Positions 38,650-50,483 of a stretch of 64,000 nucleotides of DNA are shown piece by piece. This DNA is from Centroscyllium fabricii (Eukaryota). The stretch spans positions 294,562,001 through 294,626,000 of the forward strand of contig JBNRSN020000006.1 in assembly GCA_051313645.2 (NCBI GenBank). Direction: 5' to 3'. Numbering within the stretch: the stretch's first letter is position 1; every line of letters begins with the position of its first letter. The translations under genes and the position numbers were made by a program. The notes under the pieces were generated by a model. It was not told the DNA's origin, ran no database searches, and saw only the letters and a list, made by a program, of their open reading frames with translations.

Positions 38650-39570
38650 TGATACAGCAGGTGATCCGGAAGGTCAATAGAATCTTGGCTTTTATTGCAA
38701 GGGAGGGATGGAGTATAAAAACAGGGAGGTCCTGCTGCGGTTGTACAGGGTATTGGTGAGGCCACATCTGGAATACTGCATACAGTTTTGGTTTCCATAT
38801 TTGAGAAAGGATATACTTGTTCCCGAGGTAGTTCAGAGAAGATTCACTCGGTTGATTCCGGAGATGAGGGGGTTGACTTATTGACGTATCGTCAATTAAT
38901 CATACAAAGACGAGTAGTTACCTAAACTACAGGCTTTTATTAACTAAGAATGGAGCTGGTCTCCTGATGAGGTCAAGGTGAAGAATGAGCGGGGGCAGGG
39001 CAGCATTCACCTATATACTCAAACCTGAGGGGAGAAGTTAGGGGTGTGGCTGACCTGGCCTACAATATTATACAGGTAGACCAGCAACTATGTACAGTGG
39101 CTATACACGGTTACCACACTTATGAGGAAAGGTTGAGTAGGTTGGGCCTCTACTCATTGGAATTCAGAAGAATGAGAGGCGATCTTATCGAAACATATAA
39201 GATTGTCAGGGGGCTTGATCGGGTGAATGCAGTGAGGATGTTTCCACTGATGGGTGAGACTAGAACTAGGGGGCATAATCTGAGAATAAGGGGCTGCCCT
39301 TTCAAAACTGAGATGAGAAGAAACTTCTTCACTCAGAGGGTGGTGAGTCTGTGGAATTTGCTGCCTCAGCGAGCTGTAGAAGCTGGGAAATTAAATAAAT
39401 TTAAAACGGAGATAGACAGTTTCCTAGCTGATAAGGGAATAAGGGATTATGGGGAACGGGCAGGGAAGTGGACATGAATCTAAGTTCGGATCAGCCATGA
39501 TCCTATTAAATGGCTGAGCAGGCCCGAGGGGCCGTATGGCCGACTCCTGCTCCTACATCTTATGTTCTTT
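38650..39570 (+). mobile_element. CR1 3' fragment interrupted by a solo LTR
   Basis: CR1 frame GLTY|EERL split at a CTTAT duplication. Confidence 0.88.
38882..39118 (-). mobile_element. Solo LTR
   Basis: TGTGGTAA...GTCA on the minus strand, AATAAAAGCCT, 5-bp TSD CTTAT. Confidence 0.85.
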
Positions 39571-40599
39571 TATATAAATGCAAGTTGTTGTCGTCAACCC
39601 CAGCCAGTTGCTTTCCACAGATTAGATGTGATTTCCCAGGTTACAGTCACTCATGTATATTTGAATATACCTGCCCACATCTCTTGTGTATGTACTATAT
39701 TCAGTAACTCAGATCCTGGATCATTGCATATGTTTTACATTTCAAAGATCACAAGATAGATAGGGATGAGGAAGGCCACTTGGCCCATTCAGTAAAATAC
39801 TGATAGGATCCAATATTCCTCAGCAATTCTGCCAGACTTCAGGTGGAACATCTGAGAAACAGATAGGGATCCAAATGTTGGATCCCACTGACTCTTGGGG
39901 CTAAAAATTCCAGTTCGCTGGAAACAGCGCCGGCCAAGGCTAACGTCCGCCCTCCGAGAGAGAGCGCAGGCGGCACCAGCATTTTGGTGCTGCCGGCTAA
40001 TTAACATCAGCGGTGCGGAGAATTTGTGATCTTTCACAAGATCAGCAGGAGGCCGAAGGTCGCGTCTGCCTCCCGCTTGCAGTGAAGGGGAACGGGGAAG
40101 AAAGGAGCTAACCTGTTGGCCATGTACGGGGCGGTTACCACACTTGGCAGAACAATATTACCTGCCACCCGATTATTAACTCTAGAAACATAAAAGATAG
40201 GAGCAGGAGTAGGCCATTCGGCCCCTCGAACCTGCTCCGCCATTCAATGAGATCATGGATGATCATCCAAACTCAGTACCCCACCCCTGCCCTCTCCCCA
40301 TATCCCTTGATCCCTTTAGCCTTAAGAAATAAGGGCTCGATAGGGATATGGGGAGAGGGCAGGGACAGGGTACTGTGTTTGGATGATCAGCCATGATCTC
40401 ACTGCACCCCTTTGATGTGTCTTTTTTTTTTGCTTTTAAAAAAGGAAAAAAAATCACTCTGTGTTTTGCAGCATGTGACCCCCCTGCAATTGTGCCCCAT
40501 TGTTCGCAGACTGAGGTGTTAAGGTATGCTAATATGCTTGTGTGCTCTAGGGTTGGATCAGATTTCTCCCCTCCCCCATGTGTGATCTTTGAGTTCAGT

Positions 40600-40690
40600 T
40601 TCTCTTTGCCTGACGAAGGGGCAAAAGCTCCGAAAGCTTGTGATTTAAAATAAAACGTTGGACTTTAAACCTGGTGTTGTGTGACTTTTT
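40600..40690 (+). mobile_element. Penelope-like end with minimal hammerhead motif
   Basis: CTGACGA-AGGGGCAAAAGCTCC-GAAAGCTT; same as 62519-62601. Confidence 0.7.
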
Positions 40691-41076
40691 GCATGAAATG
40701 AATGCCTCTGCGTTCTCTTTAACATTAATCTTTCCCCAATGGTTACTTTTGAAAGTGTCTAAATGTGTAGTAATCCTGCCAGCTTCACACAACTCGACGC
40801 AAAATAATGATTTGATAATTATGGTTATGGAATTTTGAATAAATTAATTATAATTCCTTAAAATCTTAAGCAGTTGAGTCCAGGTTTGCTAGGCGGTGAG
40901 GTTCTGGTGACGCTATCATAAGGATAGAAGCGATCTTACCAGAAATGATCTTCAAACATTGCGATGGAGTTCTAACCAATCTGATGCCCTTTAGGAACTT
41001 TTTATTTGCTGGGAATTCGTCGAGGGATTTGCAGTTTTGTGCAGGTGTTCAGGTCTGAACCAATAGCTTGTTCCAC

Positions 41077-41465
41077 GGGCGGCACGGTGGCAGAGTGGTT
41101 AGCACTGTTGCCTCACAGCACTAGAGACCCGGGTTCAAATCCAGCCTCGGGTACTATCTGTGTGGAATTTGCACATTCTCCCCATGTCTGCGTGGGTTTC
41201 CTCCGGGTGCTCCGGTTTCCTCCCACAGTCCAAAGATGTGCGGGTTAGGTTGATTGGCCAGGATAAATTGACCTTAGTGTTAGGGGGATTAAATATGTGG
41301 GGTTACGGGGATAGGGTGGGATATGTGTCGGTGCAGGCTCGATAGGGATATGGGGATAAGGCACGGACAGGGTACTGGGTTTGGATGATCAGCCATGCTC
41401 TCACTGAATGACGGAGCAGGCTCGAATGGCCGACTCCTGCTCCTATCTTCTATGTTTCTATGTTT
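41077..41465 (+). mobile_element. HE1-like V-SINE
   Basis: Full-length copy. Confidence 0.9.
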
Positions 41466-42129
41466 CACCCATCGATTTATTGACCCACAAACACTCTAGG
41501 CCTCCCGGAGAGCCACCAGAAAATGCAAACCCCCCTCCCGCCCCACTGATGGTCAAACAAATCAAAGCATAAAAGAAGAACCTTGGCAAAGGTTTGAGGT
41601 ACCGACATCCACCCGAGGTGTTTCCCACTTGTCAGTCTGCATCCTCGTCTACAATCTGCCAAGTCCTGCCAGACTCCTCATGGCCGTTAACGCTGCTGAA
41701 GCACTTTTAGCGGCTGCACGCTCGGGCGTGCATTAGCGAGGGCGGCAAGAGGAGCGTCGAAATCCAAAATGGAGGAGTGGGTGTCAACTCGGCGTTGCAC
41801 GTCGCTTGACGTCACGCTCCGACTCATTAAAAATACTTTCGCCGATCGCAGGCATCGGCAGCACTGCGACCCGCCGAAAATGACGGCCGGCGGCGGGCAA
41901 AAGTGTGGTGGCTGCCATTTTTGTTCCTCAAATCAGGCGGTAACAGCCGGCGCTAAACCTCGAATTTTTAGCTCTTAGAGTTTCCAGTTTGCCTTGTAAG
42001 AAGTAGAACCTCTGTTCATCCCTTACAAAATCAATCACGACAGGGGACCAGGGTGGGGGGCTTCCTAGGCTGGACATTCTCACTTCCTTGGCCCAGAAAG
42101 GAACTAGTGTAAGACTGCAGACTGAAGGA

Positions 42130-43625
42130 GAGGAAGTAACATATAGGGTGGATAAAGGGGAACCAGTGGACGTAGTGTATTTAGACTTTCAAAGGCGGGG
42201 ACGGGGTACTAGCTTGCTAAAGATCAGCCATGATCTCATTGAATGGCGGAGCAGGCTCGAAGGGCTGAATGGCCTACTCCTGCTCCTATCTTCTATGATT
42301 CTATGAAAAGGCATTTGACAAGGTGCCACACAAAAGATCATTGCTTAAAATAAAAAATCATGGAATTGGGGGTAATATTCTGGCATGGATAGAAGATTGG
42401 CTATCTAACAGAAGGCAGGGAGTTGGGATAAATGATTCATTCTTAGACTGCCAATCGGTAACTAGTGGTGTTCCGCAGGGGTCAGTGCTGGGTTCCCAAC
42501 TCTTTACAATCTATATTAACGATTTGGAGGAGGGGACCGAGTGTAACATATCAAAGTTTGCAGATGATACTAAGATGGGAGGGAAAGTAGTGAGGGAGGA
42601 GGACATAAAAAACCTGCAAGGGGACATAGACAGGCTAAGTAAGTGGGCAGAGATTTAGCAGATGGAATACAATACTGGAAAGTGTGAGGTTATGCACTTT
42701 GGCAGGAAAAACCGTAGAGCTAGTTATTATCTTAATGGCAAGAAACTGGAAAGTACTGTAGTACAAAGGGATCTGGGGGTCCTGGTGCACGAAACTCAAA
42801 AGGTTAGTATGCAGGTGCAGCAAGTGATTAAGAAGGCCAATGGAATGTTGGCTTTCATTGCTAGGGGGATAGAACATAAAAATAGGGAGGTATTGCTTCA
42901 GTTGTACAAGGTATTGGTGAGACCGCACCTGGAATACTGCGTACAGTTTTGGTGTCCATACTTAAGAAAGGACATACTCACTCTCGAGTCAGTACAAAGA
43001 AGGTTCACTCGGTTAATCCCAGGGTTGAGGGGTTGGACATATGAGGAGAGGTTGAGTAGATTGGGACTCTACTCATTGGAGTTCAGAAGAATGAGGGGCG
43101 ATCTTATTGAAACATATAAGATTGTGAAGGGGTTGGATCGGGTGGACGCAGGGAGGATGTTCCCAATGATGGGTGAAACTAGAACTAGGGGGCATAATCT
43201 TAGAATAAGAGGCTGCTCTTTCAAAATTGAGATGAGGAGAAACTACTTCACTCAGAGGGTAGTAGGTCCATGGAACATGCTGCCCGAAAAAGCTGTAGAA
43301 GCTACATCATTACATAAATTTTAAACAGAAATAGACAGCTTCCTAGATGTAAAAGTGATTAAGGGTTACGGGGAGCGGGCAGGAATTTGGACATGAGCCT
43401 AGGTTCAGATCGGTCATGGCCCTGTGGGTAGTGGAGTGGGCCCAGGGACCGTGTAGCCTGATCCTGCTCCTATTTCGTGTGTCTAATTCTGTTAGATTCA
43501 GGAGATGGTTCTGTGATAGTAGATTGGTGGTTAGGATCAGATCAGCCATGATCTTATTGAATGGCGGAGCAGGCTCGAGGGGCCGATTGGCCTACTCCTG
43601 CTCCTATTTCTTATGTTCTTATGTA
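42130..43625 (+). mobile_element. CR1 RT/3' portion with a short tail insertion (about 42193-42306)
   Basis: DVVYLDFQ|KAFDKVPH; GVPQGSVLG and KFADDTK motifs. Confidence 0.9.
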
Positions 43626-43703
43626 CTAGCCTCCAGAAGAGTATTCTCTGGAATTGGAGGGGGGTGGGGGGTGGCCTTGGCCAGGGAAGTGGCCTGGACC
43701 TCC

Positions 43704-45430
43704 AAATGAATTCTTCTCTTCAGTTTTCACAAGAGAGAGGGACGATACCGACATCGAAATCGGGCAGAGTGTAGTGGGGGTAATCAAGGATATTACCACT
43801 ACAAGGGAAGAAGTTTTAGAAATCTTGGGAGGCTTAAAGGTGGACAAATCACCAGGGCCGGACGCAATGTTCCCCAGGCTGCTGTTCGAGGCCAGGGAAG
43901 AGCTTGCGGGCCCCCTGTCTCAAATCTTCAGGACCTCTCTCGCATCAGGGGATGTACCTGAGGACTGGAGAACGGCTAATGTAGTACCCCTGTTTAAAAA
44001 GGGTAGTAGGGACAAACCGGGTAACTATAGGCCAATCAGTCTTACATCTGTAGTAGGGAAAGTAATGGAAAAAATGCTGAGGGACAAAATCAGCTCGCAT
44101 TTGGACAAACAAGGTCTCATAAGGGACAGTCAGCATGGCTTCGTCAAAGGTAAGTCGTGCCTGACTAACCTGTTGGAATTCTTTGAGGAGGTAACTAAGA
44201 GGGTGGATGAAGGGAGTACTGTGGACGTAGTGTATATGGACTTTAGCAAAGCTTTTGATAAAGTCCCACATAGAAGACTAATAACAAAGGTTAGAGCGCA
44301 CGGGATTCAGGGCAACTTGGCACAGTGGATCGAAAATTGGCTGGGGGATAGGAGACAAAGGGTAATGGTAGAGGGCTGCTTCTGTGACTGGAAACCAGTA
44401 ACCAGTGGTGTCCCCCAGGGATCGGTTTTGGGACCCTTACTGTTTCTAGTATACATCAACGACCTGGATATGGGAGTAGGGGGTATGATCAGCAAATTCG
44501 CTGATGATACGAAAATCGGAAGGGTGATAAACAACGATGAGGATAGTAAGGGGCTTCAGGAGGATATAGATCTAATGGTTAATTGGGCAGAAAAATGGCA
44601 AATGGAGTTCAACCCAGAGAAATGCAAGGTCATTCAATTCGGTAGACCAAATGGGGTAAGGGAATATACCATGAACAACAAAACGTTAAATAGGACCGAG
44701 GAACAGAGGGACCTAGGGGTACAGGTGCACAGCTCCCTGAAGGTTGCTGGACACGTTAACAAGGTGGTTAAGAAGGCATACGGAATTCTGGCCTTTATTA
44801 ACCAGGGCATAGTATACAAAAGTAGGGAGGTAATGTTAAACTTGTATAATACACTGGTGAGACCCCAGCTGGAGTACTGTGTGCAGTTCTGGTCACCGCA
44901 CTTCAGGAAGGACGTGGTTGCCCTGGAAAGGGTGCAGAGAAGGTTTACCAGGATGATACCTGGTCTGGGGGACTTACGCTACGAAGAGAGGCTGGACAGG
45001 CTGGGGTTATTTGCCCTAGAGAAGAGAAGGTGGAGGGGTGACATGATTGAGGTCTACAAGATCATGAGAGGACACGATAGGGTAGATAAAGGGGCATTGT
45101 TTCCATTGGTGGGAGAGTCAAGTACCAGGGGACATAGATTCAAGATTAGGGGAGGGAGGTTTAGGGGGGAGGTAAGGAGAAATTTCTTTACCCAGAGGGT
45201 GGTGGAAGTCTGGAACTCCCTGCCTGTAAGGGTGGTGGAAACAGAAACCATCGCAACATTTAAAAAATATTTGGACCAGCACATGAAGGACCATAACATA
45301 CAGGGTTATGGGCCAGGTGCGGGCAAATGGGGTTAGTATAGCGAGGAGTTTCCTGGGCCGGTGCGGACTGGATGGGCCGAATGGCCCTTATCCGCACTGT
45401 AAAATTTCTATGATTCTATGATTCTATGAT
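43704..45430 (+). mobile_element. CR1 with uninterrupted RT and C-terminal ORF, 5'-truncated
   Basis: 560-aa ORF 43654-45336; (ATTCTATG)n tail. Confidence 0.95.
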
Positions 45431-46044
45431 AATGTAGTCTTAAAAAAAAAAAATCAGGATCGACTCCCTTAGTGAGGGGGGACTCCATGGAGTCTATGGG
45501 GAGGTGGGGGGCGCTGGGCATCTCCAGATGGTGGCGAATTTGCATGGGGCAGGCGAGCACCAAAGTTGTGCCTGTCACAGTGCAGGCACCCAGTAGCTGC
45601 TTACGGACCCCACTTACCACAAACTCCAGTGAGGTCAGCGCTAGAGGGTACTACCGGGGGCCAACATGGTCGCAACCTGTAAATATTTGGTGACTCTGGT
45701 CTCCTTTCCCATCATTGCATCAACCTGTTTCTTTAATGAGTCCTGAGATTTAGCCTCCATTACCTTAAGACTAAATCACTTCCACACATTGATTGCACTT
45801 CGTGTGAAACCCATCAATCCTAAATTTGCCTTTTTGCCCGTTTGAACTTGTGCCCACCATGCCCAAATTTAATTTGTGTTTTTCTTTCGAGCTCCTCTCT
45901 TTTCAGAGCTGAAAAGGCCAAGTTTCTCTTAATTTTTCTTCATAACTCACTTCTCTGATTGTAGGGATCAGTCTCACGGCTCTTCCCTGAAGCTTGAGTG
46001 TGTCCCTTACAGACACAGTGGGGGTCATTTTAATCTAATTCGTC

Positions 46045-46788
46045 AGGTGGGAAACCCATTCTGAGGCAGAAGGGCGAACAGCCAGAGGTCATGGTCCATA
46101 TCGGTACCAACGACATAGGTAGAAAGAGGGATGAGGTCCTGCAGGCGGATTTCAGGGAGCGAGGAAAGAGATTAAAAAGCAGGACCTCCAAAGGTAGTAA
46201 TCTCTGGATTACCCTTGATGCCACCCGCTAGTGAGTATAGAAATAGGAGGATGTGGTAAACCACTGTATATAGTGTAACTGTAACGTAACGCCTCCTTGC
46301 CAGGGAGGACTCACCTGGGAGGACTCCGCTCCTCGGCTTCCTCCCCAGGCTCCGCCCACTGGGTATAAAAGTGCCTGCACACCTGAGTGCTCTCGCTTCG
46401 GCTTGGAAGATCGTCGGACCTGTGTCCACTTCTAGGTGAATAAAAGCCTCGATTACATCTAACCATCGACTGGAGTCATTGATTGTGCATCAGAGGATAG
46501 CGCAGATGAATGCGTGGCTGGGGAGTTGGTGCAGGTGGGGCGGCTTCAGATTACTGGGGCATTGGGACTGGTTCTGGGGGAGGTGGGACCTGTACACGCC
46601 AGACGGGTTACACCTCAACAGGGCCGGAACCAATATCCTCGCGGGGAGGTGTGATAGTGCTGTTGGGGAGGGTTTAAACTAATTTGGCAGGGGGATGAGC
46701 ACCAGGATGTAACATTAGAAAGGGAAAATAAAGTGCTCAAAGTATTGGGAGAGACAGAGAACTCTAAAGTAAGAAATAGTAAGGTATT
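46045..46788 (+). mobile_element. CR1 ORF1 fragment and ORF1/ORF2 junction, degraded
   Basis: HIGTND and DGLHLN..GEGLN* motifs; solo LTR inserted. Confidence 0.85.
46252..46492 (+). mobile_element. Solo LTR
   Basis: TGTGGTAA...ATCA, TATAAAA, AATAAA, TSD GAGGA; same family as 60792-61063. Confidence 0.92.
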
Positions 46789-46921
46789 GGCGGAGCAGGC
46801 TCGAAGGGCCGAATGGCCTACTCCTGCTCCTATCTTCTATGTTTCTCCTATCTTCTTCTATTAAGTGATCATCGGGTGTGGTTTGCATATTTACATTTGT
46901 ATTCGACAGTTCAGACTTTAT

Positions 46922-48376
46922 TCAATGTATTGAGTTGTTCATACTGTGTTCGCTGGGTGTACCTCTGCTCATGTTACTCAGACTGGCCATCAGGGACTTC
47001 ATTCTGTCCGCATAGTAGTCGCGAAGGTTAAGCAGAGGCAATTCAGCCAGGCCCTCATCAAACTCACAGTTCCTCATGGCGTTCTCCAGATTTTTCTGCC
47101 GCCGGTAAAAGTGTGAGAATTTGTTGAAGATGAGGGTAATGGGAAGCACGACTACCAGGATCCCAGCCAGAATGCAGGCAGAGGCCGTTAGTTTACCTCC
47201 GATACTGATGGGGACCACGTCTCCGTAGCCCACGGTGGTCATGCTAACGGTGGCCCACCACCAGCACGAGGGAATAGTGGCCAGGCCAGAGTTGTCTTCT
47301 TTCTCGATGGTGTAGACCACTACCGAGAAGACGGACACTCCGACTGAGAGGTAGAGTAAGAGCAGCCCCACTTCCCTGTAGCTGTGCTTCAAGGTGGCTC
47401 CCAGCGACCTCAAGCCTGTGGAGTGGCGGGCCAGCTTGAGGATGCGGAAGATTCTCATGAGCCTGAGCACCTGCACCACTCGGCCGAGATTGACCAAGGT
47501 GGGACTGCTGTCGACGGCCAGGTTCACCAGCAGGGTCAAGTAAAAAGGCAAAATGGACATCAGGTCGATGAGGTTCAAAGGATGTCTGAAGAAGTGCTGC
47601 AGACTCGGGGACACAAAAAATCTGGCCAGGAGCTCAAAGGTAAACCAGGCGATGCAGATGTGTTCAACGATCTCAAACCGGGGGTCGTCCCTGGTTTTGC
47701 CCTGGCCATCCACCAGCTGGAATTCGGCCATGCTGTTCAAACACATGGTGGTTATAGACCCTAAAACCATCATTATAGACAGGGCACTGTATAACCTGCT
47801 TGCAATGTTGTAACCGGGGTTTTCAGACATCAACCAAAGACGCCTTCGGAGGTTACCAAAGACCTGGCTGTCGTACTTTGAGGCGTCCTTGTAGAAGGTT
47901 AAGACCTCGTCGAACGAAGATGTGTTGCTACCTTGGTCGCTGGCAGTCTCCTCGCACTCGTCCTGGTTGGCTCCCGTTCCCCTCGCGTGGTAACCGGGAC
48001 CGGAGCAGGACGGGTCGATGAAGAACTGGCTGATGCCCCAGTACTCGATCTCCTGGCTGAAAGAGAAGATGCACAGCTTGTCGGCGGCCTGGAGCTTGCC
48101 GGTGTGGTAGAAATTGAGGATGTAAGGGAACAGGGCGGGGTTCCGGTCGAAGTAAAACTCCTTCTCGCTGTCTTCATAGTCGTCGCAGAGTTGGAGGATG
48201 GACTCGGTGGAGTGGCATTTCAGCAGCTGGCCCAGCCTGGTTTCTGGAAACCGCGACAGGGTCTGGTACCTCAGCTTTCTCTTCAAGCCCCCGACATTGA
48301 CGCTGATCTCGCCATCGCCCATCACCTCCTCCTCCTCCTCGTCAGCCATCCAAGCATTTGGAACCGGACCAGTCAT
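46922..48376 (-). CDS. KCNS2: Voltage-gated K+ channel modifier subunit Kv9.2, single coding exon, 484 aa
   Basis: T1/BTB domain (INVGG-like, EFYFDRNP), S4 VLRLMRIFRILKLARHSTGL, pore WWWATVSMTTVGYGD, S6 GILVVVLPITLIFNKF; N-terminal MTG and C-terminal NLRDYYA..KSLMASL match KCNS2 as I recall it. Confidence 0.93.
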   Translation of the reverse strand: MTGPVPNAWMADEEEEEVMGDGEISVNVGGLKRKLRYQTLSRFPETRLGQLLKCHSTESILQLCDDYEDSEKEFYFDRNPALFPYILNFYHTGKLQAADKLCIFSFSQEIEYWGISQFFIDPSCSGPGYHARGTGANQDECEETASDQGSNTSSFDEVLTFYKDASKYDSQVFGNLRRRLWLMSENPGYNIASRLYSALSIMMVLGSITTMCLNSMAEFQLVDGQGKTRDDPRFEIVEHICIAWFTFELLARFFVSPSLQHFFRHPLNLIDLMSILPFYLTLLVNLAVDSSPTLVNLGRVVQVLRLMRIFRILKLARHSTGLRSLGATLKHSYREVGLLLLYLSVGVSVFSVVVYTIEKEDNSGLATIPSCWWWATVSMTTVGYGDVVPISIGGKLTASACILAGILVVVLPITLIFNKFSHFYRRQKNLENAMRNCEFDEGLAELPLLNLRDYYADRMKSLMASLSNMSRGTPSEHSMNNSIH

Positions 48377-48377
48377 C

Positions 48378-48432
48378 CTGGACGGGGAGAGAGAGAAAGA
48401 GAGAGAGAGGCGGCCGCGTCCCTGAAACAGAT
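48378..48432 (-). promoter_or_regulatory. Candidate splice acceptor(s) for the KCNS2 coding exon
   Basis: (CT)n tract-CCCCGTCCAG|GATG (AG at 48378-79) and TCTGTTTCAG (AG at 48422-23). Confidence 0.55.
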
Positions 48433-48629
48433 CGAGATTGAAGTCAAATATAATATGAGTAGGTCGGACACCTCACACCAGGGAATGGAAGGGGGGATGC
48501 TGTTGAGTACAGCCCGGGGGTGGCAGGGGTGTGGGGGGGTGAAGACAGTATAGCCCCGGGGTGGGGACAGTATGGGGGGGAATAGTTTGGCGGGGTGGGG
48601 GAAAGTTTGGAGGGTGGTGGTTGTGGTGG

Positions 48630-49870
48630 GGTCAGTTCGGTTCCTGTTCCCGGATCAGTTCGGTTCCCGGTCCTGGGTCAGTTCGGTTCCCGGTCCCGGG
48701 TCGGTTCTGTCCCTGGTCCTGGGTCGGTTCTGTTCCCGGTCCCGCGTCAGTTCGGTTCCTGTTCCCAGGTCATTCTGTTCCCGGTCCCGGGTCGGTTCAG
48801 TTTGTTTCTCGGTCCCGGGGCTGCGCGGGATTCAGTTTGTATCCCAGTCCCGGATCAGTTCGGTTCCCGTTCCTGGGTTGGTTCGGTTCCCGTTCCCGGG
48901 TCGTTCTGTTCCTGGTCTCGGGTCGGTTCGGTTTGTTTCTTGGTCCCGGGTCGGTTCGGTTCCCGGATCAGTTCCCGTTCCCGGATCAGTTCCCGTTCCC
49001 GGGTCGGTTCGGTTCCCGGGTCGGTTCGGTTCCCGGGTCAGTTCAGTTCCCGTTCCCGGGTCGGTTCAGTTCCCGGCCTCGGGTTGGTTCTGTTCCCGGT
49101 CCCGGGTTGGTTTGGTTTGTTTCTCGGTCCCGGGACTATGCGGGATTCAGTTTGTAACCCAGTCCCGGATCAGTTCGGTTCCCGAGTTGGTTCGGTTCCG
49201 GGTCCCGGGTCAATTTGGTTTGTTTCTCAGTCCCAGGGCTACCCGTGATTCAGTTTGTATCCCGGTCCCGGGTCGTTCTGTTCCCGGTCCCGGGTCCGTT
49301 CTGTTCCCGGTCCCAGGTCGGTTTGGTTCCAGGGCCCGGGTCAGTTCTGTTCCCGGTTCGGTTCCTGGTCCCGGGTCGTTCCGTTCCCGGTCCCGGGTCG
49401 TTCCGCTCCCGGGTCGGTTCGGTTCCCGCTCCCGGGTCGGTTCCGTTCCCATTCCCGGGTCGGTTCCGTTCCCGGGTCGTACCGTTCCCGATCTCGGGTC
49501 GTTCCGTTCCCGGTCCCGGGTCGTTCCGTTCCCGGGTCGGTTCGGTTCCCGTTCCTGGGTCGTTTTGTTCCCGGTCCTGGGTCGATTCAGTTCCCAGGTC
49601 AGTTTGGTTCCCATTCCCTGATCAGTTTGGTTCGTGGGTCGGTCTGGTCCCAGGTCGGTTTGGTTCGGTTCCCGGTCACGGTCAGTTCGGTTCCCGGTCC
49701 CAGTTGGTTCTGTTCCCAGCCTCGGGTCTGTTCGGTTCCCGTTCCCGGGTCGGTTCGGTCCCTGGTTCCGGATCTGTTTGGTTCGGATCCCGGTCCCGGG
49801 TCAGTTCGGTTCCTGATCCCGGGTCGGTTCTGTTCCCGTTACCGGGTCGGTACGGTTCCCAGATTCCGGT
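48630..49870. repeat. Degenerate GGTTCC/GGTCCC tandem repeat, CpG-rich and A-poor
   Basis: Reiterated GGTTCGGTTCCCGGTCCCG-like units. Confidence 0.9.
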
Positions 49871-50084
49871 TTATTCAGTTTCCAGGAAATGTCGAAACTT
49901 GGCGATAAACCAGAGCAAAACCTGCGGAAATCGCAGCTCGACTCCGGCAGGAACTCGATCTGAATTTTACAGCGAAATAGAAAAAAGAAAACTTGTAAAA
50001 ACTGAAAATAAAGAAGCAGCACCAGGAAATCCCAGAACTGAGCCCAGTCCCTGGCCAAACCAGGAGAATCTGCAGGTGATGCGG

Positions 50085-50212
50085 TTCCGGGATCCGGACC
50101 CGGTGATCTGGGATCGGGGACTCAGTGATCCGGACTTGGTGATCCGGGATCGGGGACTCGGTGATCCGGGATCGGGGACTCGGTGATCCGGGATCAGGCT
50201 CCGGGATCCGGG
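50085..50212. repeat. 22-bp minisatellite
   Basis: GGTGATCCGGGATCGGGGACTC repeats. Confidence 0.85.
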
Positions 50213-50322
50213 ACTATTCTCACAACCTGCTGTTTCTCTTTCATTGCCTGCACCGAGCTGTCCAGATTTCCAGCAGACATTGCAACACCTTAAATATTTC
50301 TCAGCATTTGCCCATTCACCTT

Positions 50323-50483
50323 NNNNNNNNNNNNNNNNNNNNNNNNNNNNNNNNNNNNNNNNNNNNNNNNNNNNNNNNNNNNNNNNNNNNNNNNNNNNNN
50401 NNNNNNNNNNNNNNNNNNNNNNNNNNNNNNNNNNNNNNNNNNNNNNNNNNNNNNNNNNNNNNNNNNNNNNNNNNNNNNNNNNN
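50323..50483. other. Assembly gap
   Basis: N run. Confidence 1.

Larger units (their letters stand above)
39897..41974. mobile_element. Possible MITE ends (GGGCTAAAAATTC/GAATTTTTAGCTC)
   Basis: Imperfect TIR pair; TSD unclear; may be two separate halves. Confidence 0.35.

Noticed and set aside
48561-50186. Long Gly/Pro/Ser/Val-rich ORFs
   Set aside because: Artefacts of an A-poor tandem repeat that is open in several frames
50254-50275. RE1/NRSE site near a neuronal gene
   Set aside because: Only the GCTGTCC half matches
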